Shown: positions 44,053 through 53,031 of the stretch, one piece after another
Numbering within the stretch: position 1 is the first letter of the stretch
How the letters are laid out: every line of letters begins with the position of its first letter
Virus record (IMG/VR): IMGVR_UViG_3300009124_000003
Origin: a virus
Length of the DNA stretch: 64,000 nucleotides
Strand: one strand, 5' to 3'
Made by a program: the position numbers and the translations under genes
The notes under the pieces: generated by a model
What the model saw: only the letters and a program-made list of their open reading frames with translations
Databases searched by the model: none
Told to the model about the DNA's origin: nothing

Positions 44053-44706
44053 GTGGCTAACCTTGTTACGGTTGACGACATCCTAACCTACATGGATATC
44101 GACCTGTCGAATCGTCAAGAAGACGCAGCAGAGTTCATCCTAGACGGACTCGAAAGCGACCTTGAGCTGTACCTCGGCAGGCCCGTAACGAAGCGCGACT
44201 TCACTGAGCATCATGTCGTTCCGTCTACCCACGTTTCCGCCCCTTACGGCTCCTACCTTGGTAGCGCCCTAACTGGCAATCAGTACATTGATAACGCACC
44301 AGCTATGCGTAACCCGCACGTGGTGTACCTAAAGAATAGTCCAGTTCATTCTGTGGCTACGGTGACGTCTACGGCTGCTAACGTGGGCGCTACGGTTCGC
44401 ACGTTGACTGAAAACAAGGATTATTTCGTCCACGATTACGGTATTGAGATTCCGTATGCGTATGCGCGTGAGAAGATCACTGTGACGTATAATGCTGGCT
44501 TGGACGGCGCTAACATCAAGGTGTTTAAGAGCATTATTTTGCGTGCTGCTTCTCGTGAGATGCAGAACATGCATGATGACGTGTTGGGTATTAAGGATCT
44601 TGAGACTCGTAATGTGGGTCCGCTTGACACGGGTTTTTCGGATACTGAGCTTCGTGCTGTGAAGCGTTATCGTCGTGTGAAGGTCGGCTTTGGATTGACG
44701 GGCTGA
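44053..44706 (+). CDS. Head-tail adaptor (gp6-like)
   Basis: LVTVDDILTY..LELYLGRP..ITVTYNAG..ILRAA; position in the neck module. Confidence 0.8.
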   Translation: MANLVTVDDILTYMDIDLSNRQEDAAEFILDGLESDLELYLGRPVTKRDFTEHHVVPSTHVSAPYGSYLGSALTGNQYIDNAPAMRNPHVVYLKNSPVHSVATVTSTAANVGATVRTLTENKDYFVHDYGIEIPYAYAREKITVTYNAGLDGANIKVFKSIILRAASREMQNMHDDVLGIKDLETRNVGPLDTGFSDTELRAVKRYRRVKVGFGLTG

Positions 44707-44708
44707 TC

Positions 44709-45212
44709 ATGGCGCGCCGCCGTACTCGTGTCAGGTCAGATGTTGACCTGCGTCCGTTTTATAGGTATATCCGTGGAGTTCGTCTCCGCAGCAGGAACTT
44801 CCGAGGCGTCTTTAAAGCCGCTATGAAAGATTTGGAAAAGGCTCACGCTCAGAACTTCGCCAGCCAGGGTGGTTTGGTTGGAGGTTGGAAGCCTGCGTAT
44901 TCTGATTGGAAGCTTGAGGATTATGGTGCGGGCGGTACTTTGGTCCGCACAGGTGCTTTGAGGAATTCGTTGACAGTTTCAAATGCTCGTGGTGCTGTCC
45001 GTGATATTGGCCTCAAGCAGGCAGAGTTTGGCACTAGTCTTAATTATGCTCATTTCCATCAGACAGGTACTGAAGATATGGCTGCTCGTAAAATTGTGTT
45101 TGTTCCTCGCTCGTTCGCTGAGGGACTCGGCAGGGACGCTTTGGATCATGTCGCTTATGGAGAGAACCCGGTTGGGGCGTTTAGACGCGCACTTAACATG
45201 GTGCGTCGCTAA
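44709..45212 (+). CDS. Virion morphogenesis protein (Mu gpG/HK97 gp10-like)
   Basis: LVRTGALRNSL, FGTSLNYAHFHQTGT..MAARKI. Confidence 0.85.
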   Translation: MARRRTRVRSDVDLRPFYRYIRGVRLRSRNFRGVFKAAMKDLEKAHAQNFASQGGLVGGWKPAYSDWKLEDYGAGGTLVRTGALRNSLTVSNARGAVRDIGLKQAEFGTSLNYAHFHQTGTEDMAARKIVFVPRSFAEGLGRDALDHVAYGENPVGAFRRALNMVRR

Positions 45213-45243
45213 TCGACTAACATAAGGGAAGAGGTGATTTATT

Positions 45244-46119
45244 ATGATGCTTGGTGCAAGAAATGCGAGAATGGCTGTTTCACGGTTCTTGGCTGACGCT
45301 ATGCCTCCGCGCATTGCCCAGTATCGAAATGAGTGGAACTACAGCTCCTCTGATCTTCCTGATCCCCGCCGTTATTACCCGTACGAGCCGACCGCTGTTG
45401 ATAAATGGCCGTCGCTAATTACTGTCGTTATGGGAATGGGCGGCCTGGCGGTTGATGATTACGCTGAGCATGAACCTGAGTACGGTGTCATTTACCAGAT
45501 GCGAACTTATGTTTGGGCGCGTGGCGAAGGCGCTGTCCGTGCGACTGATGTTCGTGATGACCTTACCACGGTTGTTCGTGACTTGTTGATTGATAACCCT
45601 CGGCTTCAGAACTCTAATCATGACAACGCATACGACTGCAATTATCGTGTTGACGACACTAGCCTTCGAGAAGAATATTCTGATTTGACCTTGTTGAAAG
45701 GTGATCGTGTGGCCTGTGCGTCGTTCATTGCTTATGATCTTCGCGCTCAAGAAACACCGACTCGTGCTTCTCTAGGTACTGTTCGTGCTTCTGGTGTCGA
45801 GTTGGAAGTTGAATTGATGGATTGGTTGCCGAACGCCCCCACTCTACTCACAGCTATCGCTACGGGCAGCTCTGTTGCTCTTGACTGGCATGCTCCCACC
45901 TGGCAGGGTGGTCGGTTGGGTGTGACAAGCTATTCGCTGCAACAGACTACTGACGGCGGCACCAACTGGTCCACGATTACAGGCCCTGAAGGTAATGTGA
46001 CTGAGCATACGGTTACTGGTCTTACAAGCGGAACTACGTATCAGTGGCGTGTTGCTGGCGTGACTTCTGATGGTACAGGCGCCTATTCTGTGGCTTCTAA
46101 CGCAGTTACCATTTCTTGA
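45244..46119 (+). CDS. Tail terminator-like protein with a C-terminal FN3 domain
   Basis: Precedes the sheath; PNAPT..LDWHAP..YSLQ..VTGLTSGTTYQWRVAG FN3 motif. Confidence 0.75.
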   Translation: MMLGARNARMAVSRFLADAMPPRIAQYRNEWNYSSSDLPDPRRYYPYEPTAVDKWPSLITVVMGMGGLAVDDYAEHEPEYGVIYQMRTYVWARGEGAVRATDVRDDLTTVVRDLLIDNPRLQNSNHDNAYDCNYRVDDTSLREEYSDLTLLKGDRVACASFIAYDLRAQETPTRASLGTVRASGVELEVELMDWLPNAPTLLTAIATGSSVALDWHAPTWQGGRLGVTSYSLQQTTDGGTNWSTITGPEGNVTEHTVTGLTSGTTYQWRVAGVTSDGTGAYSVASNAVTIS

Positions 46120-46193
46120 GCCGATAAATTGGTACAATATACAGTAGAGGCCGATGCCTCTGTCCTGTTTTATTTCCCTATATTGGAGGCATC

Positions 46194-47666
46194 ATGCCCG
46201 GTGTTGTTGTTACCACCGCTGTCCGCTCCGGTCCTACCGGTGTGGGTGCTGTTGAATCTAGCCAGATGTTTATTGCTGGCGAGTTTCAGCGTGGCCCCAC
46301 CGATGAGGCTAAGCTGGTCCGAAGCTTCAGCGAGTTCAAAACGTACTATGGAGAGTACACTACTTCCACTACTGCGTGGGTTCCAGTAAAGACTTTCTTC
46401 GAGAATGGCGGCTCTCGTGCTTATGTCGGCCGCGTTGTTAATGGCGGTGCTGTTGCTGAGGGCACGCTTAATGACGGTTCGCTAGATACGATCGACTTCG
46501 ATGCCGCTGATGTCGGTACTTGGGGCAACGATCTAGTAATCGCTGTTATCGGTGCTAACTCGCTCGCTGGCGGTTTCCGCATTACGGTGACCCTGGACGG
46601 CGATCTTCTCCTGACCACCCCTGACCTTGCCGACGTTGCTGCTGCTGTCTCGTACATCAACACCTCTTCGGTTTCGCACCTCGTTGTTGCTGAGAACAAC
46701 ACTGATAGCACCAGCAATCCGGCTGAAGGTTCGGTTACGCTTTCTGGCGGCACTGACGGTTCGGCTACCACTGACACTGAATACAACACTGCTCTCGGCC
46801 TGTTCACTTACGACCTTGGTGCTGGCGTTGTGTGTATGCCAGGTCAGACCTCCACGACGGCTTACGCAAACCTTGAGAGCCACGCTACGGCTAACCACCG
46901 TATCGCTTTCTGCGCTTTGGCTGCTGGCACCGATGTGGACGTTGCTAAGACGAATGCTGCTGCTGCTGGAACGGCTGCTGGTGATGAGGCCCGTCGTATG
47001 GCTTTCTTCTATCCGCACATCAAGGTTGAGGACCCGGCTGATGCTGGTCTCACGGTGACGATCTCCCCGGAGACGTTCGCTGCTGCGGCCCGCTCAAAGG
47101 CGATTAACGAGGCTGGTTCTCCGCACCGTGCCGGTGCTGGCCTGATTTCTGCTGCTTCTTCCTATGTGAAGGGCATTGAGGACGGTTATGCGGTCGACAA
47201 GGCTGCTGGCGATCTACTTGACGAGGCCCGAGTCAACGCTATCCGCTCGATTGGCGGCTCGATTCGAGTTTACGGCGCTCGCTCGCTTTCGACTGACGAA
47301 GCCAACTGGCGTTTCATCACTTTCCAGGATATGGTTAACCATATTGCGGTTGAGGCTGAAGAGCGACTGGAAGACTTTGTCTTCTCTACGATTGATAGCC
47401 GCGGTGGTTTGTTTGGCCAGATTCGTGGTTCGATGATTGCCATGCTTGATCCTCACCGGATCTCGGGTGGCCTTTATGAAGCCTTCGATGCCGGTGGCGA
47501 GCGTGTTGACCCGGGTTACTCTGTCGTCGTGAACGACGATAACAACCCTGCTTCTCAGCTTGCTAACGGCCAGGTTAAGGTTGATGTTGGTATCCGCGTC
47601 TCTTCGGTTGGTGACAAGATTAATGTTACTATCACTAAGAGCAACCTTACGGCTTCGGTCGTCTGA
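46194..47666 (+). CDS. Tail sheath protein (contractile tail)
   Basis: MPGVVV, FFENGG.RAYV, RVNAIR..RVYGARSL..WRFI, VGIR. Confidence 0.95.
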   Translation: MPGVVVTTAVRSGPTGVGAVESSQMFIAGEFQRGPTDEAKLVRSFSEFKTYYGEYTTSTTAWVPVKTFFENGGSRAYVGRVVNGGAVAEGTLNDGSLDTIDFDAADVGTWGNDLVIAVIGANSLAGGFRITVTLDGDLLLTTPDLADVAAAVSYINTSSVSHLVVAENNTDSTSNPAEGSVTLSGGTDGSATTDTEYNTALGLFTYDLGAGVVCMPGQTSTTAYANLESHATANHRIAFCALAAGTDVDVAKTNAAAAGTAAGDEARRMAFFYPHIKVEDPADAGLTVTISPETFAAAARSKAINEAGSPHRAGAGLISAASSYVKGIEDGYAVDKAAGDLLDEARVNAIRSIGGSIRVYGARSLSTDEANWRFITFQDMVNHIAVEAEERLEDFVFSTIDSRGGLFGQIRGSMIAMLDPHRISGGLYEAFDAGGERVDPGYSVVVNDDNNPASQLANGQVKVDVGIRVSSVGDKINVTITKSNLTASVV

Positions 47667-47683
47667 TCTAAGGAGGAAATACA

Positions 47684-48148
47684 ATGGCTGGTAAGAAGGC
47701 TTCACAAAGGCAGATTGTTGCATCAATTCGTCGTGTCAATGAAGAGGGTCATCGTAAAGGCCCCATTGTTGATGGTAAGTTTGCTCAGGTTTCGGGTGGT
47801 GAAATTACTGCTAATGTCGAAAAGATTTACGATGGCGGTGCTTTGACCCCTGAGGTGCTGTGTGCCCCTGCCGAGATTGGCGATATTACTGTTACCCGTC
47901 ATTTTGACGTGGATCGTGATGGCGGTCCTCTGCGCAAGCTTCGTCAAGTGGTGGGCCAGGTGTACTACGATGTTTCGATTTTCACTCTGGACTGTGATCT
48001 TGCGAACGACAAGGCGGACCGTATTTACCATCGGGCTCTGCTGGTCGGTATCTCTGAGCCCGACGGCGATTCGGCTTCCGGCGCTCCGGCTACTTTCTCG
48101 CTGACTTTCTCGGTTGGCGCTGTGGCTGCTGACACGCAGGACGACTAG
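47684..48148 (+). CDS. Tail tube protein (T4 gp19-like)
   Basis: FAQVSGGEI, GDITVTR, position after the sheath. Confidence 0.85.
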   Translation: MAGKKASQRQIVASIRRVNEEGHRKGPIVDGKFAQVSGGEITANVEKIYDGGALTPEVLCAPAEIGDITVTRHFDVDRDGGPLRKLRQVVGQVYYDVSIFTLDCDLANDKADRIYHRALLVGISEPDGDSASGAPATFSLTFSVGAVAADTQDD

Positions 48149-48172
48149 TTCAACATAGGGTAAACAGGCGCT

Positions 48173-48207
48173 GAGAGGCCCGCTCCTGTAGGGGGGCGGG
48201 CTTTCTC
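48173..48207 (+). terminator. Intrinsic terminator after the tube gene
   Basis: gaggcccgctcc ... gggggcgggctttc. Confidence 0.8.
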
Positions 48208-48250
48208 GCGTTTATTGACATTTGTTTCTTTGATGCATTAGGATATGGGT

Positions 48251-48769
48251 ATGAGTGATTTTCAAGAAACTTTCAGCTCTGAGTTGGGCGATGTCCCCTC
48301 GGAGGATAAAGACAGCAAAAACGTCCTTGCTCAGCTTCGAGCTATTGTTGCGGAAGAAGTCAATCTTCCCGACGTGGAGATTGAGGTTAAGCAGCGTACG
48401 GGCGTTTCGGTAGTTTATTCGCCTAATATTTCGAACGCTCAGCTTAAGTCTTGGCGGAAGAAGTCCAGCAACCGAAAGACTGGTGAGCTTGACAACATCA
48501 AGTTTGCGTGTCTCGTGGTTGGTGATACGGCTCAGGAAATTCATGTAAATGGTGAGCCTGCTCTCTGTGATAATGGCTCTCCTCTGGTCTTCAACTCGCA
48601 AGAGTTTGCCGACATGATGGATGTCGAGAAGTTTGAGATTGTTCCCCACGGTATTCGCGACTTCTTCGGTGTTGACGCCCATCTTGAGGCTACTGCTATG
48701 TTGATTCTCGATAACTCTGGCTACGGCGATGATGTTGAGGCTGAGGAGGACCCTACGAGCGGGTCCTAG
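48251..48769 (+). CDS. Tail assembly chaperone (G-like)
   Basis: Between tube and tape measure; ends EDPTSGS; leaderless start behind TTGACA-N18-TAGGAT. Confidence 0.8.
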   Translation: MSDFQETFSSELGDVPSEDKDSKNVLAQLRAIVAEEVNLPDVEIEVKQRTGVSVVYSPNISNAQLKSWRKKSSNRKTGELDNIKFACLVVGDTAQEIHVNGEPALCDNGSPLVFNSQEFADMMDVEKFEIVPHGIRDFFGVDAHLEATAMLILDNSGYGDDVEAEEDPTSGS

Positions 48770-48939
48770 ACTTGCTGACCGATGATGCCCGGATTCAGAC
48801 TGCGGCTAGATTCGGTGAGCTTTGGGGTACGGACCCTGTAGCAATTCTCGATTGCTCTGAAGAAGAGTGGATGATTCGTCTGGCTTGCGCTCAGATAATT
48901 ATACGGGATCGAGAAGAAGAAAGGCGCAAGCGTGGTTAG
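48745..48939 (+). CDS. -1 frame extension of the tail chaperone (T-like, frameshift product)
   Basis: Not in the ORF track; frame open only from 48745; LLTDDARIQTAARFGELWGTDPVAILD..WMIRLACAQII. Confidence 0.65.
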   Translation, partial: GGPYERVLDLLTDDARIQTAARFGELWGTDPVAILDCSEEEWMIRLACAQIIIRDREEERRKRG

Positions 48940-48960
48940 TCTTAGTGCTTGATCCGGTCA

Positions 48961-48986
48961 AAGGCCGCCCTTCGGGGTGGCCTTTG
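48961..48986 (+). terminator. Intrinsic terminator
   Basis: aaggccgccc-ttcg-gggtggcctt followed by t. Confidence 0.85.
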
Positions 48987-49045
48987 TCATTCTACAGTAG
49001 TGCCTATGCGCTAAACTATAAATAGTAGTCTACTAAGGAAGTGTC

Positions 49046-52000
49046 GTGGCAGTTGTAGAGCGCGTTACGCTAAAACTTGATGTCGATACGAATACGTCGT
49101 CGCTGGCCAAAGCTACTGGCCAGTTGAAGGCGTTTGAACGCACTGCTAAGTCGAATGATCGTTCGATGAAGAACATGGGCCGCAGCATGAGCCGTGCTGA
49201 TCGCCGTTTTGGTAAGCTGGGTAGGACTTTCCAACGTGTCGGTCAGATGGCTACGAAGTTCTTCGCTATCTTTACCAAGTTTTCGTTTATTGCGTATGCC
49301 GGTCAGGTGGCTGTTCTCACCACGGCTTTGTTGGGGGCTAAACTGGCGATGGCGACAGGTAGAGTAGCGGCGCAGGGTTACTCGATTGCTCTTAAGGGCG
49401 TTGCTGCTGCTGCTATTGCTGCGGCTACGGCTGTGTCTATTGCTGCGGCATCTATGAGGCAGTTCCAGGAAGCTCAGTTGTCTCCGTTTACTGGCGGTGT
49501 TGGGGGCGCAGCGGTGCGTAACCGCACTGTTAGCCCCATGCTTCGTGGTTTGATGGGCTCTGAGGTTACTCAGCAAGCTTTGCGTGGCCTTGCGAAGTCT
49601 GGTGTGGGTGTTAGCCAACAAAACGCTGTTTTGTCTGAGTTGTTTAACATTAGTGGCGGCGACAGTAAGCAGATGACGTCGTTGATTGGTGCGATTAGCG
49701 GCGATCCGGGCACGTTTAAGGAGGCTGTTGGTAAGTCTGCTGGTGGTGCTGCTGCGGCTGGGCGTGCTGGCGATTTGCAAGGGCAGCAGCTTATTCAGTT
49801 GCTTGCTAGTGGCGGCCTGACGTCAGGTACAGGTTTCTCTGGTTTGCAGAACGTTATGGGTGCTACTGTGATCGGCACGTTAAAGACTGAAATGCAGTCA
49901 CTTCTTTCTGTTTTTGCTGATGTGGGCGAGGGTTTGTTGGGTCCGACTCGTGACACTATTCGTTTGATGAGTAGCACTTTGACAGTATTTTTCCAGCGCT
50001 CGATTCCACTGATTATGAAGTTTGGCGATATGGTTTTGGGTTCGAACGGTTTGGCTTCTGGTTTGCAGAAAATGTCGAACTCGTTGTTCCGTCTGATAGA
50101 CAAGACGCTGCCTGGTTTGGAGGGTTTTGTTAGCCGCATGTCTGACATGGCATCCTCCACGAGGATGTTCTTCCGCAGCATGGGTAACGCTTTGCGTCCG
50201 TTGGAGTCCGGCGCTGAAGTACTCATGTCGGTGTTTGGCGAGATCTTTGGCGGGATGGGAGGTAACGGCGTTCTGGATCGTTTCAACAGGACGCTGACTC
50301 AGAACGCTGACACGTTCAGGGAGTTTGGTGCGTCTATCGGTAACGTGTTCGAGGCGTTCTTTTCTGGTTCTGGCGGCGGCGACAGCATGGTGTCTGTTGT
50401 TGAGCGTATGACGGCTGCGTTTAATCAGTTCGCCACGGATGTGGTTCCTCCTATGAAGGAGATCGCTACCACACTGAAGGACATTGTTCTGAATGGCTTG
50501 CCTGGCGTGTTGGCGATCTTGAGCAACCTTATGCAGGTGATTGCTCCTGTGCTTGGTGGTGTGAGTTCTTATGCTGGCCGCTTTGGTGATGTTGGTCCTG
50601 CTGCTTTGTTGATGGGCGGCATGATGCTGAAGGGTCGTTTTGGTAGGCGAGGTAGGCAGCGTCGTGCTGACGGCGTGAATAGTTTGGGCGCCGAGCTGGG
50701 GATGTACATGGCGTCCACTAATTTGGGTAATAGGTTTATGCAGCGGCTGTCTCCGGGTTACGGAATGCTTGATACGAAAGGCAATGTGCAGCGAAACTTC
50801 TTGAGAGGTTTGGGCCAGAACCGAATGTACGGTGTAATCAATGCTTTGGATACTGCCGCAGGGTCTGTGACTGGTACTGGGAAAAGCCCTGCGCGCTTTA
50901 ACCGAATTTCTAAGCTTGCCGGTGGCGCCACGATGGCTGGTGGCATGATCGGCGCTATGAGCATGATGAACGCTTTTGGTGATGCCCGGGCTACTGGCGA
51001 CACGTCTGCTTTCAACATGCTTCAGGGTGCCGGTGGTGGCGCTGCTCTCGGTTTCATGCTGGGCGGTCCTTTGGGCGCTCTTGCTGGTGGCGCTATCGGC
51101 GGTCTGGGCACTTTGTTTACGGCAGGTCGGGCCAAAAGACGTCGAACCAACAACCTGAATCGTTTCACTCAAGAGTCATTGACTACCACTTCTCTTTCTG
51201 CTGAAGAAGCGTTGGCTAACTTTAATCATACTCTGGAAAACTTTGAAGAGGTCGCCAAGCAGGGCGATATGAGTGCTGAAGAGCTTAAAGAGCGTCTGGA
51301 CGATTTGAAGCCTGTGTTTGACGACCTTAGTCGTCAGATCGAGACTAAGGTTGGTTCTAGAGTCGAGTTGCTTACTGAAGTGTTCGGTTACGCAGCGGAT
51401 GAAGCCGATCAGCTTGCTCGCAGTTTGAACAATATTGACTTTAATAGTTTGGCCGCTGAAAACTTTAACAATGTTGCTAGGGATGCTACGGGCGCTTTTG
51501 GTTTCAATGTTATCGCTGCGGACACTACGGCTAACAGGAATAGGCTTCAACAAACTCAGGGAGGTTTGGAAGCTCAGATTCGATCTATGTTCGGTGGCGA
51601 TTTGGATTTGGCTGCCCAGTCTGAAGAGGGCATGAGGCTTATTGAGGCGTTGTATACCAATATCTTCACTCAGTCTATGCTGGAAGAGGGTCAGGAAGCC
51701 AGGGGTGCCGAATTTACTGCTGGCCAAATGTTGGAGACTATCTTTGGCCCGTCTCAGTTTACCCAAGAGTTTATTGATAACAATATAGATTTGCTGGAAG
51801 AAAACAAAACCATTGCACAGTTGATTGGCGAAGGCAATACCAGTTTGGAAGTTATTGCAGAAAGGTTGGACTTTGCTTTCGGTGGTCGCGCTGAAGATGT
51901 GCTGCGTGATAGGTTGGGAGAGAAATTCGATCGAGAGTTTGCTGGTAATGTTATGGGCGGTGCTTACACTCAAGCCCGGCAAGCCTATATTGATCAAAAT

Positions 52001-52315
52001 ATTGGTACTGCTATGGGCAACATGCTGAGTATTAGCAATCCTATTACTGTGGGTCTTGAGATCAACGGCTTGATAACTGAAGATGTTAAGCAGCAGATCA
52101 TTGAAATTGTTGAGACGCAAACGGCTAGAATGGGTGAAGATGTGACAGATGCTGTTAACGACGCTGTCGAATCCAACGGAATTTCCGTTGTTGGTACTAG
52201 GGGTAGAGTTAGCGTTAACGAGTCGGGAGAAAGAGTTACCCAGCCGGGCACTAATAGCAATAATAGCAATGGGCCACGAGAGCCGACGCCTGGGTTTCGG
52301 GGTCGCGATACCTAA
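49046..52315 (+). CDS. Tape measure protein
   Basis: 1089 aa, A/G-rich helical repeats, directly after the chaperone. Confidence 0.9.
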   Translation: MAVVERVTLKLDVDTNTSSLAKATGQLKAFERTAKSNDRSMKNMGRSMSRADRRFGKLGRTFQRVGQMATKFFAIFTKFSFIAYAGQVAVLTTALLGAKLAMATGRVAAQGYSIALKGVAAAAIAAATAVSIAAASMRQFQEAQLSPFTGGVGGAAVRNRTVSPMLRGLMGSEVTQQALRGLAKSGVGVSQQNAVLSELFNISGGDSKQMTSLIGAISGDPGTFKEAVGKSAGGAAAAGRAGDLQGQQLIQLLASGGLTSGTGFSGLQNVMGATVIGTLKTEMQSLLSVFADVGEGLLGPTRDTIRLMSSTLTVFFQRSIPLIMKFGDMVLGSNGLASGLQKMSNSLFRLIDKTLPGLEGFVSRMSDMASSTRMFFRSMGNALRPLESGAEVLMSVFGEIFGGMGGNGVLDRFNRTLTQNADTFREFGASIGNVFEAFFSGSGGGDSMVSVVERMTAAFNQFATDVVPPMKEIATTLKDIVLNGLPGVLAILSNLMQVIAPVLGGVSSYAGRFGDVGPAALLMGGMMLKGRFGRRGRQRRADGVNSLGAELGMYMASTNLGNRFMQRLSPGYGMLDTKGNVQRNFLRGLGQNRMYGVINALDTAAGSVTGTGKSPARFNRISKLAGGATMAGGMIGAMSMMNAFGDARATGDTSAFNMLQGAGGGAALGFMLGGPLGALAGGAIGGLGTLFTAGRAKRRRTNNLNRFTQESLTTTSLSAEEALANFNHTLENFEEVAKQGDMSAEELKERLDDLKPVFDDLSRQIETKVGSRVELLTEVFGYAADEADQLARSLNNIDFNSLAAENFNNVARDATGAFGFNVIAADTTANRNRLQQTQGGLEAQIRSMFGGDLDLAAQSEEGMRLIEALYTNIFTQSMLEEGQEARGAEFTAGQMLETIFGPSQFTQEFIDNNIDLLEENKTIAQLIGEGNTSLEVIAERLDFAFGGRAEDVLRDRLGEKFDREFAGNVMGGAYTQARQAYIDQNIGTAMGNMLSISNPITVGLEINGLITEDVKQQIIEIVETQTARMGEDVTDAVNDAVESNGISVVGTRGRVSVNESGERVTQPGTNSNNSNGPREPTPGFRGRDT

Positions 52316-52327
52316 CGAGGAGGAATA

Positions 52328-53029
52328 ATGCCTAACGTAAATTTTACTAGAATTAACCAAACAACAGGCGCCCGCCGTGTAGTTAACCGTACAACGGCTC
52401 CGATGCGCGCTGTCTTGAAGCAGGTGCCTCAGCGTACCGGTCAAAGGCTAGATATTCCTGGAGATAAAGCCGTGGTTGCTATGCGCGAGGAATCCGGGCT
52501 AGAGGTTGAGTTCCCGTACGGACCCGTAGACGTCAAATACGCCAACATTGCGTTGCGGTACTCGCAGATTTCCCGGCCGGGACTTCAGCCTTTGCTGGTT
52601 CATACTGCTCCTCAGTTGAACGTGGTGACTTTTACTGCGATGATTGCAGATAAGCGTACGGGCGGTAAAGATATTGTTGAAGACACTCTCTCCACTCTTA
52701 GAGAGATGGCTGCTGCTGACATAGACTGCGAGTTTATCTATGGCTTGTCAGCGCTACCTTATCGTGTTAGAATCACACAAATGGATATTAACTCTCGATA
52801 CCGCAACTTGGAAGGCCAGTTGACTCAGGCAAACGTTTCTATTCAGTTGACGGAGGCTCCTGAATTTGACCCGTTGCTGGGTGAGCTTACTGCCGTTACC
52901 CCTATCGGCGCTCCTCCCCCGGTTAGCCCGGCAGTTGCGTCTCCCGAGCCTGAAAACCCGGAGGATCTTTCGTTTACGCCGATTAATCATATCATTATTC
53001 GGCGGCAGGACGTTGCGGTGGAGCCGTAG
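52328..53029 (+). CDS. Tail tube initiator/baseplate protein (P2 gpU-like)
   Basis: Follows the tape measure; FPYGP..YSQISRPG..RITQM..VSIQLTE. Confidence 0.65.
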   Translation: MPNVNFTRINQTTGARRVVNRTTAPMRAVLKQVPQRTGQRLDIPGDKAVVAMREESGLEVEFPYGPVDVKYANIALRYSQISRPGLQPLLVHTAPQLNVVTFTAMIADKRTGGKDIVEDTLSTLREMAAADIDCEFIYGLSALPYRVRITQMDINSRYRNLEGQLTQANVSIQLTEAPEFDPLLGELTAVTPIGAPPPVSPAVASPEPENPEDLSFTPINHIIIRRQDVAVEP

Positions 53030-53031
53030 TT

